Positions 10,657 to 20,228 of a stretch of DNA of 31,981 nucleotides are shown piece by piece; the first letter of the stretch is position 1, and every line of letters starts with the position of its first letter. A program made the position numbers and the translations under genes. Source of the stretch: Macrostomum lignano. Taxonomy: Eukaryota. The notes under the pieces are model-generated. The model was not told the origin of the DNA and made no database searches. It was given only the letters and a program-made list of their open reading frames with translations. Location of the stretch: positions 1 to 31,981 of the forward strand of contig NIVC01000367.1 of assembly GCA_002269645.1 (NCBI GenBank), written 5' to 3'.

Positions 10657-11663
10657 AATGTTTCTTGCATTATTGTTTTAAATAGGGTATACCTAGTGTT
10701 AATTATTTCTACCGAGTGTATCAATTCTTGCTCATTACATGTAACCCTCTATCCTACCTAGGGTGACCTTTTTCTTTCTGATAGCTTATGAGATCATATT
10801 TAAGAGTCTGCATCCCTTTTTCCCACTAGACTCTCAATTGAGCTCATCCGCTTCCTAGATTCCAAGTTCCAAATATTTAAGTGGACCCTAAGTGTAAGCC
10901 CAATTTTTCAGACCCAACTAGCTACTCTCCCAATTAGCCATCTAATTAATTTGCTCCATGCTAATAACTATTTCTTGTTTACATCTTTAGCCATTTAAAT
11001 AGTAATAACTATCTAGTTTAGTGTTGCAATAAATTACAAAGCAGTTAAATTGTGTGTTAAATGGTGTCTTAAACTTTTATGACCTTGGAAACATTCATTT
11101 GACCCTTGGTGGTCTTACTCAAGAAAAGTTCTAAGGTAGATCTGAGTAAATTTTAACTTTAGAGCATTTTTCTATGAATTATTGTGGTAGAAATAGCAAC
11201 CTACTACTCTTAGTACAACAGTCAGCAAATTCTTGTTTATTTAAAGTTTTTTGTAGCAGCTTCATTTCTGCATATTGGCATTCTAAGAGACAGCATTAAC
11301 TAGACCACTGTTACAACCACAGCTAACCTCCCCATGAGCCTAACTAACTTAGTAGCCAGAAGAGCTCCCTATATTTTGCAGTCTGTGTCTCATTCATAAA
11401 TGCCCAACCTCAAAATTTTCTCTTGTCTAGTGCGATTTAGTTTTGTCTAGATTTGCAACTTAGTTCCTCCCAATTGTGACTTAATACTTAGTTCCTTTCA
11501 ATTGTAACTTAATTTTCACTTTGTATATGACTTTTCTTGTTTTTTCCTTTTTTCTCTTTTTTCCTCTCTTACTTTTCTCCCTCCTTTCTTTTCCTTTGTC
11601 TTCCTCTCCTTTCTTTCTTCCCCCAATTTTTTATTTTTTTATATTTTCAATTTTGTGACTTAC

Positions 11664-11679
11664 CTTGGCTAGCAGCCAT
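11664..11679 (-). CDS. NOC4L: Candidate 16-nt first coding exon of NOC4L (MAASQ-)
   Basis: Minus strand aaaATGGCTGCTAGCCAAG|gtaagt is a phase-1 donor that matches the phase-1 acceptor at 8390, giving 1386 nt (461 aa). Speculative: no homology support for so short an exon. Confidence 0.35.
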
Positions 11680-11727
11680 TTTACATATCTAATTTGGATA
11701 GGTCATACAGGTGTTGGGCATGTATAG

Positions 11728-12004
11728 CATACATGCGCAACCCCCCTGATTTACACTGGCCATGCGACTTACTTTTTGACCAGAAATGCGACTTACCTGT
11801 GAAAGAAACCCTAGAGCAACATTAACGTAATTTTGGGTAAACGGCAGGAGTAACTATGACTGTCTTATAAGGGCTAAATGCCTCGTCATCTAATTAGTAC
11901 TACGTCTGTATTCTTTGGGGTGGGCATTTTTGTGACTTACCCCTGGTCCACCACAATTTACGGTGGCCAGATCAGCCAGGTCGGCCAGCAGTTGCGCATG
12001 TATG
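11728..12004. mobile_element. 277-bp hAT-like MITE
   Basis: Perfect 14-bp TIR catacatgcgcaac / gttgcgcatgtatg. 8-bp TSD atgtatag (11720-11727) vs atgtatgg (12005-12012) has 1 mismatch. Confidence 0.82.
11835..11898 (+). pseudogene. 64-bp fragment of eukaryotic 28S rRNA (helix 69-71 region) inside the MITE
   Basis: gggtaaacggcaggagtaactatgactgtcttataagggctaaatgcctcgtcatctaattagt vs the recalled conserved 28S sequence GGGTAAACGGCGGGAGTAACTATGACTCTCTTAAGGTAGCCAAATGCCTCGTCATCTAATTAGT gives 56/64 ungapped matches. Confidence 0.88.
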
Positions 12005-12245
12005 ATGTATGGTCTCATTCAAGTTCCTTTTAAATCATAATAACATAAAGACAAGTGTTAATTTAAACAGCCTAAAACCAAAGACTAATCACCAAGATGA
12101 TTGTTTCTAACCCCCATCTTTATGACACTTTGAATGTCTATTGCCAAAATATCATTGCCTATTAGAACTGGACATTCATATATATATATATATACTATTT
12201 ATAATTTATAACTGTAATTTTTCAAGAAACTGCTTTCCATTGCTA

Positions 12246-12968
12246 GGGACTCCAATGAGATTATAGCATAAATTAAAAAACACAAAATATAACCAAAGCA
12301 GTACTACTTACTTAGGAATGCAAAAAAGTTATATAATATAAAATATAAATGATGAGTTAATATACATTTTAGGAGCAAAAAATGCTTTAAAATAAGACAA
12401 AATATAGATCAATTGGACAAATTTTACAAGTTATATTGAAGACAAGTTTTATATTTTTGCAAGAATTTTACAATAGTGACTATTATAGAAAATATTATTC
12501 TTTTGTTTTTTTAATTTTTCGAAGAAACACTTTATTATAATATAAAATTGTAATGTTAAAAGCATTCTAGATATAAAAATGCTATTTAAGGCCAACATTT
12601 TTTTAAGTTTTAGATTTCACCAAAAAATCATGTTTTTTAACTTAAGATTGTTTTGTTTTTGTTTTCTAATGGGCAATGTCAAAAGCCACAATATAAGGTA
12701 TCACAAAAAAACTTATATAAAGAAAAAAAGGTATATAAAAAACTTTTAATTGTAATATTATCTACAAAAAGATAATAGTCCCTTAAAGGCAAAATACATT
12801 ATAAGCCAAAAAACTCAATGACAAAATTTTGCATAACTTTTTTCATCCAAATTTCAAAAGTGAGATGTCGACTCTTACTTCTACAAACAAGATCTATCAA
12901 ACTGCATAAAAGCCTAGCCTAATAAATAAAAGTAAAAAATAGAAGTTTCAAAATCTCACTGGAGTCCT
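12246..12968. mobile_element. Possible AT-rich MITE with 17-bp imperfect TIRs and TA flanks (superfamily uncertain)
   Basis: ta|gggactccaatgagatt ... aatctcactggagtcct|ta, with 2 mismatches in 17 bp. Confidence 0.5.
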
Positions 12969-14195
12969 TAACATTGCCACTTAATTTGACTTTATAGCCT
13001 AATGCAAAGTCATTCTATTATAAATATTTTGTCCTAGGGCTTATTTCTGTCCTCCAACTATCTTACTAATTGCCACCAAAGTTGTGCTAGGGGTTACTTC
13101 TATCTCACCAAGTTGTAATAGGTTTCTAATTTCCCTTTATTAAATTTCTACTGCTGACAATAAATCTTGCCTTAATGTTTCTAACTGTTTCTTAGAATCT
13201 CATATATTTTCTGGGTAGCATTCTTAGTAGTGTTCTGGTAGCATTCTTAGTATATGGTCTGAGCAGTCAGCAGTCTTACTAGTATATATACTTTCTCTCT
13301 TTCTCCAGTCTAGGCGTTACCAAGATTAGAGGATCATAGCGATCACTCTTAGTATTCTTTTTGCATGAATTCCCACTTCTGACTTTCAATACTACTTTAC
13401 AAGACTCTTAGAAATGAACAACAGTCTGAGAACTAAATTCATTTATATTCTATTGAACAAGTGAACACAAGTATTATACGAGTGCATGAGTTGGTCTTCC
13501 TACCTCCAATTTCAAACTTCGCTCTTATTTATACCACCTTGACTATATATATTTATAACAAATGTAGAATATTAGGATTTTTTGCAAATTAAAACAAAAC
13601 ATAGGCCCTAATTTTCAAGTAATTTTTTTAAATAAGGTTTCCTAGAAAACAATAACTGCTTCTACAATTTTGATTACAATAAAACTTTATTTTTAAAATT
13701 TTAATTAAATAAAACCCAATAAATAGATAGCCTAACCATTAAAAATGTTTATTTTTTATAAAAAATAGCCTAGGCCTATCAATATAAAAATGTATACTTC
13801 TTAAATTTCCCATTGTCATTTTGTTCTCATATGGGTTTTATGGCTTAGAATATAAACCTAAGATATTGATAAGTCTAGTTCTCTAGTACTTAAAAACAAA
13901 ATTTTAAGTGCTAGGCCTAGAGCTAAATTACCTTAGATAGCCAATTTAGCACTAGGCCTAGGCCCTAAATATTTCCTAAAGGCATAAAACTTTCACCAAA
14001 CACATTAATAGTAGAATTATATGAAAGTAAAAAAAGATTATCCTAGGCTAGATCATGTGGTTTTTTAAAGTTAAGTTAATGAAATGCACATAGGGCATTA
14101 GGCCCTATAAAATGAAGCTACTGCCAGTATCAGTATGGCTGGCTGACCTCCAGGCCTCCAGCGCCACAATCTATTGTCCCTGCTGCTGAAGTTAA

Positions 14196-14378
14196 TACAC
14201 GAATACTGTAAAAGGAATGTGGGGCAACTGCAAAGCAAAGTTTCAAGCTATGCACGGAACCAGCGACAATTTGTTCGAAATGTACCTGCAGGAGTTCATG
14301 TGGCACACAGGCACAGCTTTCCCCTATTAGCATTTCGGCAATATCCTCTACTGGATAACACACTACTACCCTATGTAG
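14196..14378 (+). pseudogene. Merlin / ISXO2-like (IS1595 family) transposase C-terminal remnant
   Basis: YTNTVKGMWGNCKAKFQAMHGTSDNLFEMYLQEFMW..*..FGNILYWITHYYPM* matches the ISXO2-like pattern HTNxIEGxW...YLxEFxW. It has an internal TAG and a scrambled upstream frame. Confidence 0.75.
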
Positions 14379-15924
14379 AACTCTGTGAACTCTTGCAAAA
14401 ACTTTGTGAGCTTATCGGACTCTGAAAAGTTCAAAAGGGGTTCAATTAGTTTAGTTTAGAGACTTGCAGAATTTAGGTTAATTCTAAATTTGAATTATTG
14501 TACCTGCACGAATGTATTGTGCTGTATTCTAAGAAAAAATAACGTTACTACATAACAACAGAAAATATAACCTTTGTAAACTATAAAGAGTATTTCTTTT
14601 GCTTGCTTAGATATTTTTTAATAAATTGTCTGTCTTTTCCGAACGGTTTTTCGTTCATAATCCGAAGGTAGATTTGGATTAAGTAATGATTCTCGCCTCT
14701 GGTGATAAGTGGATAACAGACGATAGCTAGGCTTCGAATTTGTATACAGCTCTGACTCTTTAATCTGAAATTGAACTCTTCACATGTATTGAACTCTTAA
14801 ATTAACTGTTATTAATTTAAGCCACGACTTTGCAATCACATCTTCATGACGATAATGAGGAACGCAGCAGTAGATGATAAAATAAGATAAATTTTTGAAT
14901 GATAAGATTCGACTATACGGAGAAGTCTCCCCCCTAACTGGCCTAATGACTGTGTCAATCCGTCAGCACCTATAGCTAGACCGCAATGACCGGCAATGAT
15001 ACTCAGACAAACCGCCCTAAACGTACATGTACGTGTTGCGCCGGCAAGGCTAAAGGTCGAGCAGGGAAGCAACAAATGAACCAAGAGGTTGGGGAGGGGG
15101 GCAGAATGCATGTAACCTAGTTGTAGGGTGGATTGGAGGAAGTAAGAAAGAGAAGCGGAGAGAAGTGAGATCTGACTGTCATCGCTGCAGTTTTATTTTT
15201 AGCCAATTTAAACCCCATGACCTCAAGCCGGTAGTGGGGTTGACTGGTAATAGCAATACGAATAAGATGCTCACACTACACTGATGTCCCCTGTTTAGAT
15301 ACTGCTGTCACCTGTTAGATACTTATCTAAAGTGTAGCTGGCAAGCCATTGTCCATCTATTTGAATTCAGCAATAGAAAAATCCTTGCAGTGGTAAGCAT
15401 CATTCTTCATAACAGTTGCCATGAAGTCGCAAACTACGAGTAAATTAAAAATCGTCAAGATCCAAGCCTCAGCCCTGCTCTCCCTTAACTCTCCATCTCT
15501 CTCCACTTGCGCCTTAGCTGCCGCCCCGTAACCCCTGTCCACTGACAATGCACTTGCTATGCCGAGCACGCAGCCACAGTCAGCTCTCATTGTTTAACTC
15601 AGCAGAGCTCGCAGCATCTCACTGCTCCTGCATCTCTCACCCCGCTGAGCAGAGCAGCTGCCGGACCCCCTGGCACCCAATCAGGCCTCAAACACAGCCG
15701 CTGGGTCAGAGAAGAGAATCGGCCTCAGTCCATTTAAACAAATTTCTCTGCACAGGGAGAGCTCAGAGATTTCAGTCCGTGACAACGGGACTTTTGCTGC
15801 TGCTGCTGAGCTGGCAGGCGAATTAGCTTGAAGAAGAGCAAAGCACTCAGTTTGAAGCCGTGTGGAACAGCTGCGGCAGACAGCAGATCGGCAGAGAAGC
15901 GCTGCTAGGAGAAGCAGTGTAGCC

Positions 15925-16000
15925 ATGGCAACACAGATGGAGCGGAAGCTGAGAGCGGCGCTGGAGGCTGGAGACAGCGAGGAGCTGCAGCGAATGTGCG
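15925..16000 (+). CDS. Ankyrin-repeat/kinase gene, exon 1
   Basis: gccATGg Kozak context at 15925; reads MATQMERKLRAALEAGDSEELQRMC; donor g|gtgaga at 16001 (phase 1). Confidence 0.6.
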
Positions 16001-16065
16001 GTGAGATCGGCAGCAACATCGAGCTGGAAGTGGCGGGTTCGAAAAGCAAGAATTTCCCTTGAAAG

Positions 16066-17080
16066 AACTTCTTAAAATGCCGCTGGTCCATCACGTGGCC
16101 TGCAAGCCGGTGAGATTGTCGTGCCTGGAGCTGCTGATTGACAGATTCGGACCCGACTGTCTGAAAAACAAAAATGATAGCAGTTTTTGGGATGTCGGTG
16201 AGACTCCAATACACTTGGCTGCCCAGCATCAGGATGAATCTTGGATGAAGCTCGTTAAAGAGAAGGGAGGCAGCGACTGCTTGACAATTGTCGGTTTTTG
16301 CAAACAGACAGTCGCTCACTTTGCCGCTATGAACAGAAAAAGCAACTCTTGTCTAAAGTGGCTGGTGAAGGAGCTCGGCAGCGACTGTCTCACAGTTCCT
16401 GACGAAAATGGTACCACAGTTGTCCATTTGGCGGCTTTGTATCAGGGCATCGAGTCTCTGGAATTGATCAAGAGACGAATTGGAACTGAATGGTTTCGGC
16501 TGAAAGGAGGACTGTGGAATAGAACAGCATTTCACTTTGCTGCTCAGAAGTCTGACAATTCAAATCTGAAGTGGCTGGTGAAGGAGCTCGGCAGCGACTG
16601 TCTCACAGTTTCTGACAAACACGGTGACACGGCCGTCCATTTGGCCGCTCAGCATCAGGGCACCGAGTCGCTGGAGTTGATCAAGAGTCAGATCGGAACT
16701 GACTGCTTTCGGCTGAAGACAAAGAGTGATAGAACAGCATTTCACTTTGCTGCTCAGAAGTCTGACAATTCAAATCTGAAGTGGCTGGTGGAGGAGCTCG
16801 GCAGCGACTGTCTCACAGTTCCTGACAAAGACGGTGACACGGCCGTCCATTTGGCCGCTAAGCATCAGCCAGTCGACTCTCTTCAGTTCATTTTTGACCA
16901 AATCGGAGCCGAAATGTTCAGTTTGAAGAACAACAAGGGGAAAACCCCGGCTGATGTTGTTGAGAGTGATCGGTGCCGCACAGACCAGTCAGCAAAGCGG
17001 GCCTGGATTTCCTCTACTCAACGGCTCGAAGCCTTTCTTCCTCCCGCTGGTAGCTCAGGGCCGACTGCCGCCTCAGCTGG
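16066..17080 (+). CDS. Ankyrin-repeat/kinase gene, ankyrin exon (about 8 repeats of 35 aa)
   Basis: Repeated TPIHLAA / TAFHFAA / TAVHLAA ankyrin cores. Ends at the strong donor gg|gtgagt (17081, phase 2). The 5' boundary depends on the inferred 65-nt intron. Confidence 0.88.
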
Positions 17081-17812
17081 GTGAGTCCTGACTGACAAAT
17101 AAAGTATTGAAAAGCTTTTTTGCGAAAATTCAATGGGGTGGTACTATAAAGCTGTCGTAGCGTAAGTTCGATCGTACTTTGCGTTTTGTCCCTTCTCTCT
17201 ATCAATAAAATATTGCTGTCAAATTTAGAAGTCGACTCAGTAACAGTTTTTTATGTAAGGGTTTTCAGCTAGTGCAATGGTAAAGCCAAGTTGTTTTACA
17301 GAGTAAATCCTCATGGCGCCCCCAATCTCCATATAGAGCCACCATCCAGAGTTCAATCTACAGGAGCTTCTGTAACCAGTTCAAGTGCCATCATGCCAAC
17401 CCTTTTATGTGTAACGGGTTGGAACCTCTTCGAGGAAGCTACTTGAATATTCTGGGTTGTTGGCACTTAATTTATATTGGCTACCTGTAATCCAAAAGCT
17501 AGCAAAGCAGGAAGTGGCACTGTGAAACTCGATACCCTGTCATTCGCATTCTCTCAGTTCTGAAGCTCTGAAAACTCACTGGGAGTTCAGAAAATCGGTG
17601 AAGCATTTTGAAGTCCTGCTGGCCTGTCATTCTGTTGCGTGAGAGCTCAAGCAGCTGCCGCAATGGGAGGGTTTCGAATCTGATGGCTGATCTCAGAGCT
17701 ACAGGTGTTTTACTTGGGAAGAAATTTTCCTTTGAAATGGTTTACCTCTCGGGGCTTTGGTATCTGATATTTTGGGGCAGTCAGCAGCTGCCTCCCTTAT
17801 TCGCCCCCACAG

Positions 17813-17947
17813 CTCTGCAGCTCTGCGTTCCCGGCCTACCTCATCGGACGCATATGAGCAGTGCGATTATGAGGTTCGAGCACAAGATTGCGTCAGGTCA
17901 GCAGCTGGACCGACTTCTGCATCCGAGGGCAGACAGCCTGAGACTGG
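17813..17947 (+). CDS. Candidate 135-nt symmetric (phase 2-2) cassette exon
   Basis: Acceptor cccttattcgcccccacag|c and donor gg|gtgaat bound an open frame of 45 codons, Ser/Ala-rich (SAAGPTSASEG), resembling the end of the ankyrin exon (SSGPTAASAG). Confidence 0.4.
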
Positions 17948-17972
17948 GTGAATCCGCGTTCGAAATAACAGT

Positions 17973-18510
17973 TGGTTACGCAGAAGGGTAGTGACGCAGA
18001 ACGGTGGTGACGCAGAAGGGTAACGACGCAGAAGGGTGGTGATGCAGAAGTGTGATAACGCAGAAGGCTGGTGACGCAGAAGGGTGGTGACGCAGAAAGG
18101 TGGCGACGCAGAAGGGTGGTGACGCAGAAGGGTGGTGACGCAGAAGGGTGATAACGCAGAAGGGTGGTGACGCAGGTGGTGACGCAGAAGGGTGGTGACG
18201 CAGAAGGGTGGTGACGCAGAAGGGTGGCGACGCAGAAGGGTGGTGACGCAGAAGGGTGGTGACGCAGAAGGGTGATAACGCAGAAGGGTGGTGACGCAGG
18301 TGGTGACGCAGAAGGGTGGTGACGCAGAAGGGTGGCGACGCAGAAGGGTGGTGACGCAGAAGGGTGGCGACGCAGAAGGGTGGTGACGCAGAAGTGTGAT
18401 AACGCAGAAGGGTGGTGACGCAGAAGGGTGGCGACGCAGAAGGGTGGTGACGCAGAAGTGTGATAACGCAGAAGGGTGGTGACGCAGAAGGGTGATAACG
18501 CAGAAGGCTG
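17973..18510. repeat. 16-bp intronic minisatellite, about 33 copies
   Basis: Unit gtgacgcagaagggtg with gtgataac and ggcgac variants. Confidence 0.95.
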
Positions 18511-18547
18511 AGTGACTCCAAAGTACTCAGATAGCCCCACCAAGTAG

Positions 18548-19612
18548 CTCTTGACTTCTTTTTGACTTAGCTGCAGGGCTGTCCCGGGGGGGGACACAGC
18601 AGGAAGGTGCGAACGCCCATTCCACAAATCCCTGAACGGCCGACGCGTCGCTATGGACGAAGGGTTGGCGCCGCCCAGGGAGGTCCCCCAGTGTCGCCAG
18701 CAGCTAAAATGCTCTCTGAAAAGGAGAGTTCAGCCCTGCGGGTGGCCCGGAGGTAGCGCATGAGCTGATTAAGGTTTTCGGGTTTGCACGCTTCAGTAAT
18801 AGATGTGTGTGGCCCGAGGTAAGTGAGTCTGGCCCGCGTAAAGGCGGGACAGATGCTGACGAAATGCTCAGCGGTTTCGTCACCTGAGTTACAAAAACTG
18901 CGGATGGCGTTAGTGGCGTTGCCCTGTAGGTACTGGTGCCTGGAAAATCAGCCGTGCCCTGAGAGGGTCATGGTGGCAGCCCGGATGTCTCTGCGCGAGA
19001 GGCGCAAGAGGAGCTTCCGGAGCTGGTGAGAGGGCTGAGGGACAGCGCCTCTGGATTGCCTGCAGTTCGTGCGGTTCGCCCAAGTCGAGCGGTGCTGAGT
19101 CCTGATCCACGCTTTGATGCGCGAGTCGATGACACAGCCGGGAATCGGGACAAGGGGTTCGGGGACCGAGAGGTGCTGCAGCCACTGATGGCGTGCAAGG
19201 CAGCTTGGCTGTCCGAATGGAAAATGAGTTCTTACCGGTTACGCCAGTGGCGAGAAGCTCTGCAGTGCAGGAGCTAATGGCGAGAACTTCATTTTGGAAG
19301 ACACTGGAGATGACCCCAGTGTACTGAGCGTGGGTAGCGACGACCCTCCCGTTCAGGAAGATTCCAACACCAAAGCCGGTGTTGGCTGACTGCTTAGAAC
19401 CGTCGGTGTAGCAAAGTTCCAGTGGTCATTGATGGTATCGCGCGAGTCGTTAGCTACGGAGTAGCGTTGTCTCAGGTTGAGCGTTGAAGCAATGCCATCG
19501 GTAAAGAAGCGATTGGCCTGACACACATTGAGAATGTTAAGGCACAGGTCGCTATGCGGGACGAGGTTCCGCTTAGCAGGTGCCCTCATGTAAAGGAATT
19601 TGACACCGGCAT
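18548..19612 (-). mobile_element. 5'-truncated non-LTR retrotransposon (R1/LOA-like, RNase H-bearing), decayed
   Basis: Minus strand gives YTDGSK...VFQNEVLAI...HSDSQAALHAI (RNase H) and ETAEHFVSICPAF (C-terminal Zn-knuckle-like region), with frameshifts. Candidate 7-bp TSD caagtag at 18541-18547 and 19613-19619. Confidence 0.85.
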
Positions 19613-19715
19613 CAAGTAGACGCCGCGTCGTTATAGCCGCCTCTCCTGACGAAGAGGCGGTACATTAGCCCAAGCAAACTCAAATTTATCGAATTCCTTG
19701 ACCTCATGTTTTCAG

Positions 19716-20100
19716 CGCCAAGAAGCAGCTGGACCCCAACTTCACCGACTGGGACTTCGTCCTGCAGGACGACAAAAAGCAGCTCATCGGTCGTGGTGGA
19801 TTCGGCAAGGTGTACAAAGCCCTCACAGACCGCAACCAGACGGTGGCTGTCAAGGTGCTGCCCCTGAGGGACACCGGACAATCGGGGAAGCTGCAGAAAG
19901 CCGTCGAGATGGAGAAGCGGGGAGTTGAGATCCTCAAGCGACTCTCGCATCCCAACATTGTGCAGTTCCTCAAGTGCGAGCAGAAGTCCGATGGGCTGTA
20001 CATCTTCACCGAGCTGATCTCGGGTCACAGCCTCTTTGAGCTGATGCAGCGTCAAAACAAGCCGTTCGAGGAATCCGAGGTCAGGGACTTCTCCAGACAG
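19716..20100 (+). CDS. Ankyrin-repeat/kinase gene, kinase N-lobe exon (STE11/MAP3K-like)
   Basis: Acceptor tgttttcag|c (phase 2) is in frame with the ankyrin exon. Reads IGRGGFGKVY, VAVK, HPNIVQF, LYIFTEL. Donor cag|gtgcgt at 20101. Confidence 0.9.
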
Positions 20101-20228
20101 GTGCGTCTCTAGGTTCTCTGGCATGGGTGGGATCAGTGTGGGATCAGGCATGGCATCAGTGTGGGATCAGTGGGAGATCAGTATAGATACATGCATTTTT
20201 AGACAGGCTAAAGCTGCTCCAATTGCAG

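Noticed and set aside
12153-12678. 15-bp inverted match cattgcctattagaa / ttctaatgggcaatg
   Set aside because: It overlaps the boundary of the 12246-12968 candidate, has no TSD, and lies in very AT-rich sequence where such matches can arise by chance.
15357-15826. Short ORFs upstream of the ankyrin gene (15357-15590 minus, 15548-15826 plus)
   Set aside because: No recognisable motifs or convincing splice context.
16053-16062. Slippery-like heptamer T TTC CCT before the TGA (programmed -1 frameshift)
   Set aside because: YYY=CCC is non-canonical, no downstream stimulatory structure was identified, and a 65-nt intron or an indel is simpler.
17559-17947. Longer phase-2 exon whose only stops are three TGA codons (selenoprotein idea)
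   Set aside because: Three TGAs in 130 codons is compatible with chance, the peptide has no recognisable domain, and no SECIS was identified.
17893-18627. Long ORFs over the 16-bp array; likewise 22177-22839, 23706-24312 and 26801-27370
   Set aside because: They are stop-free only because the repeat unit lacks stops, and show no protein-like complexity.
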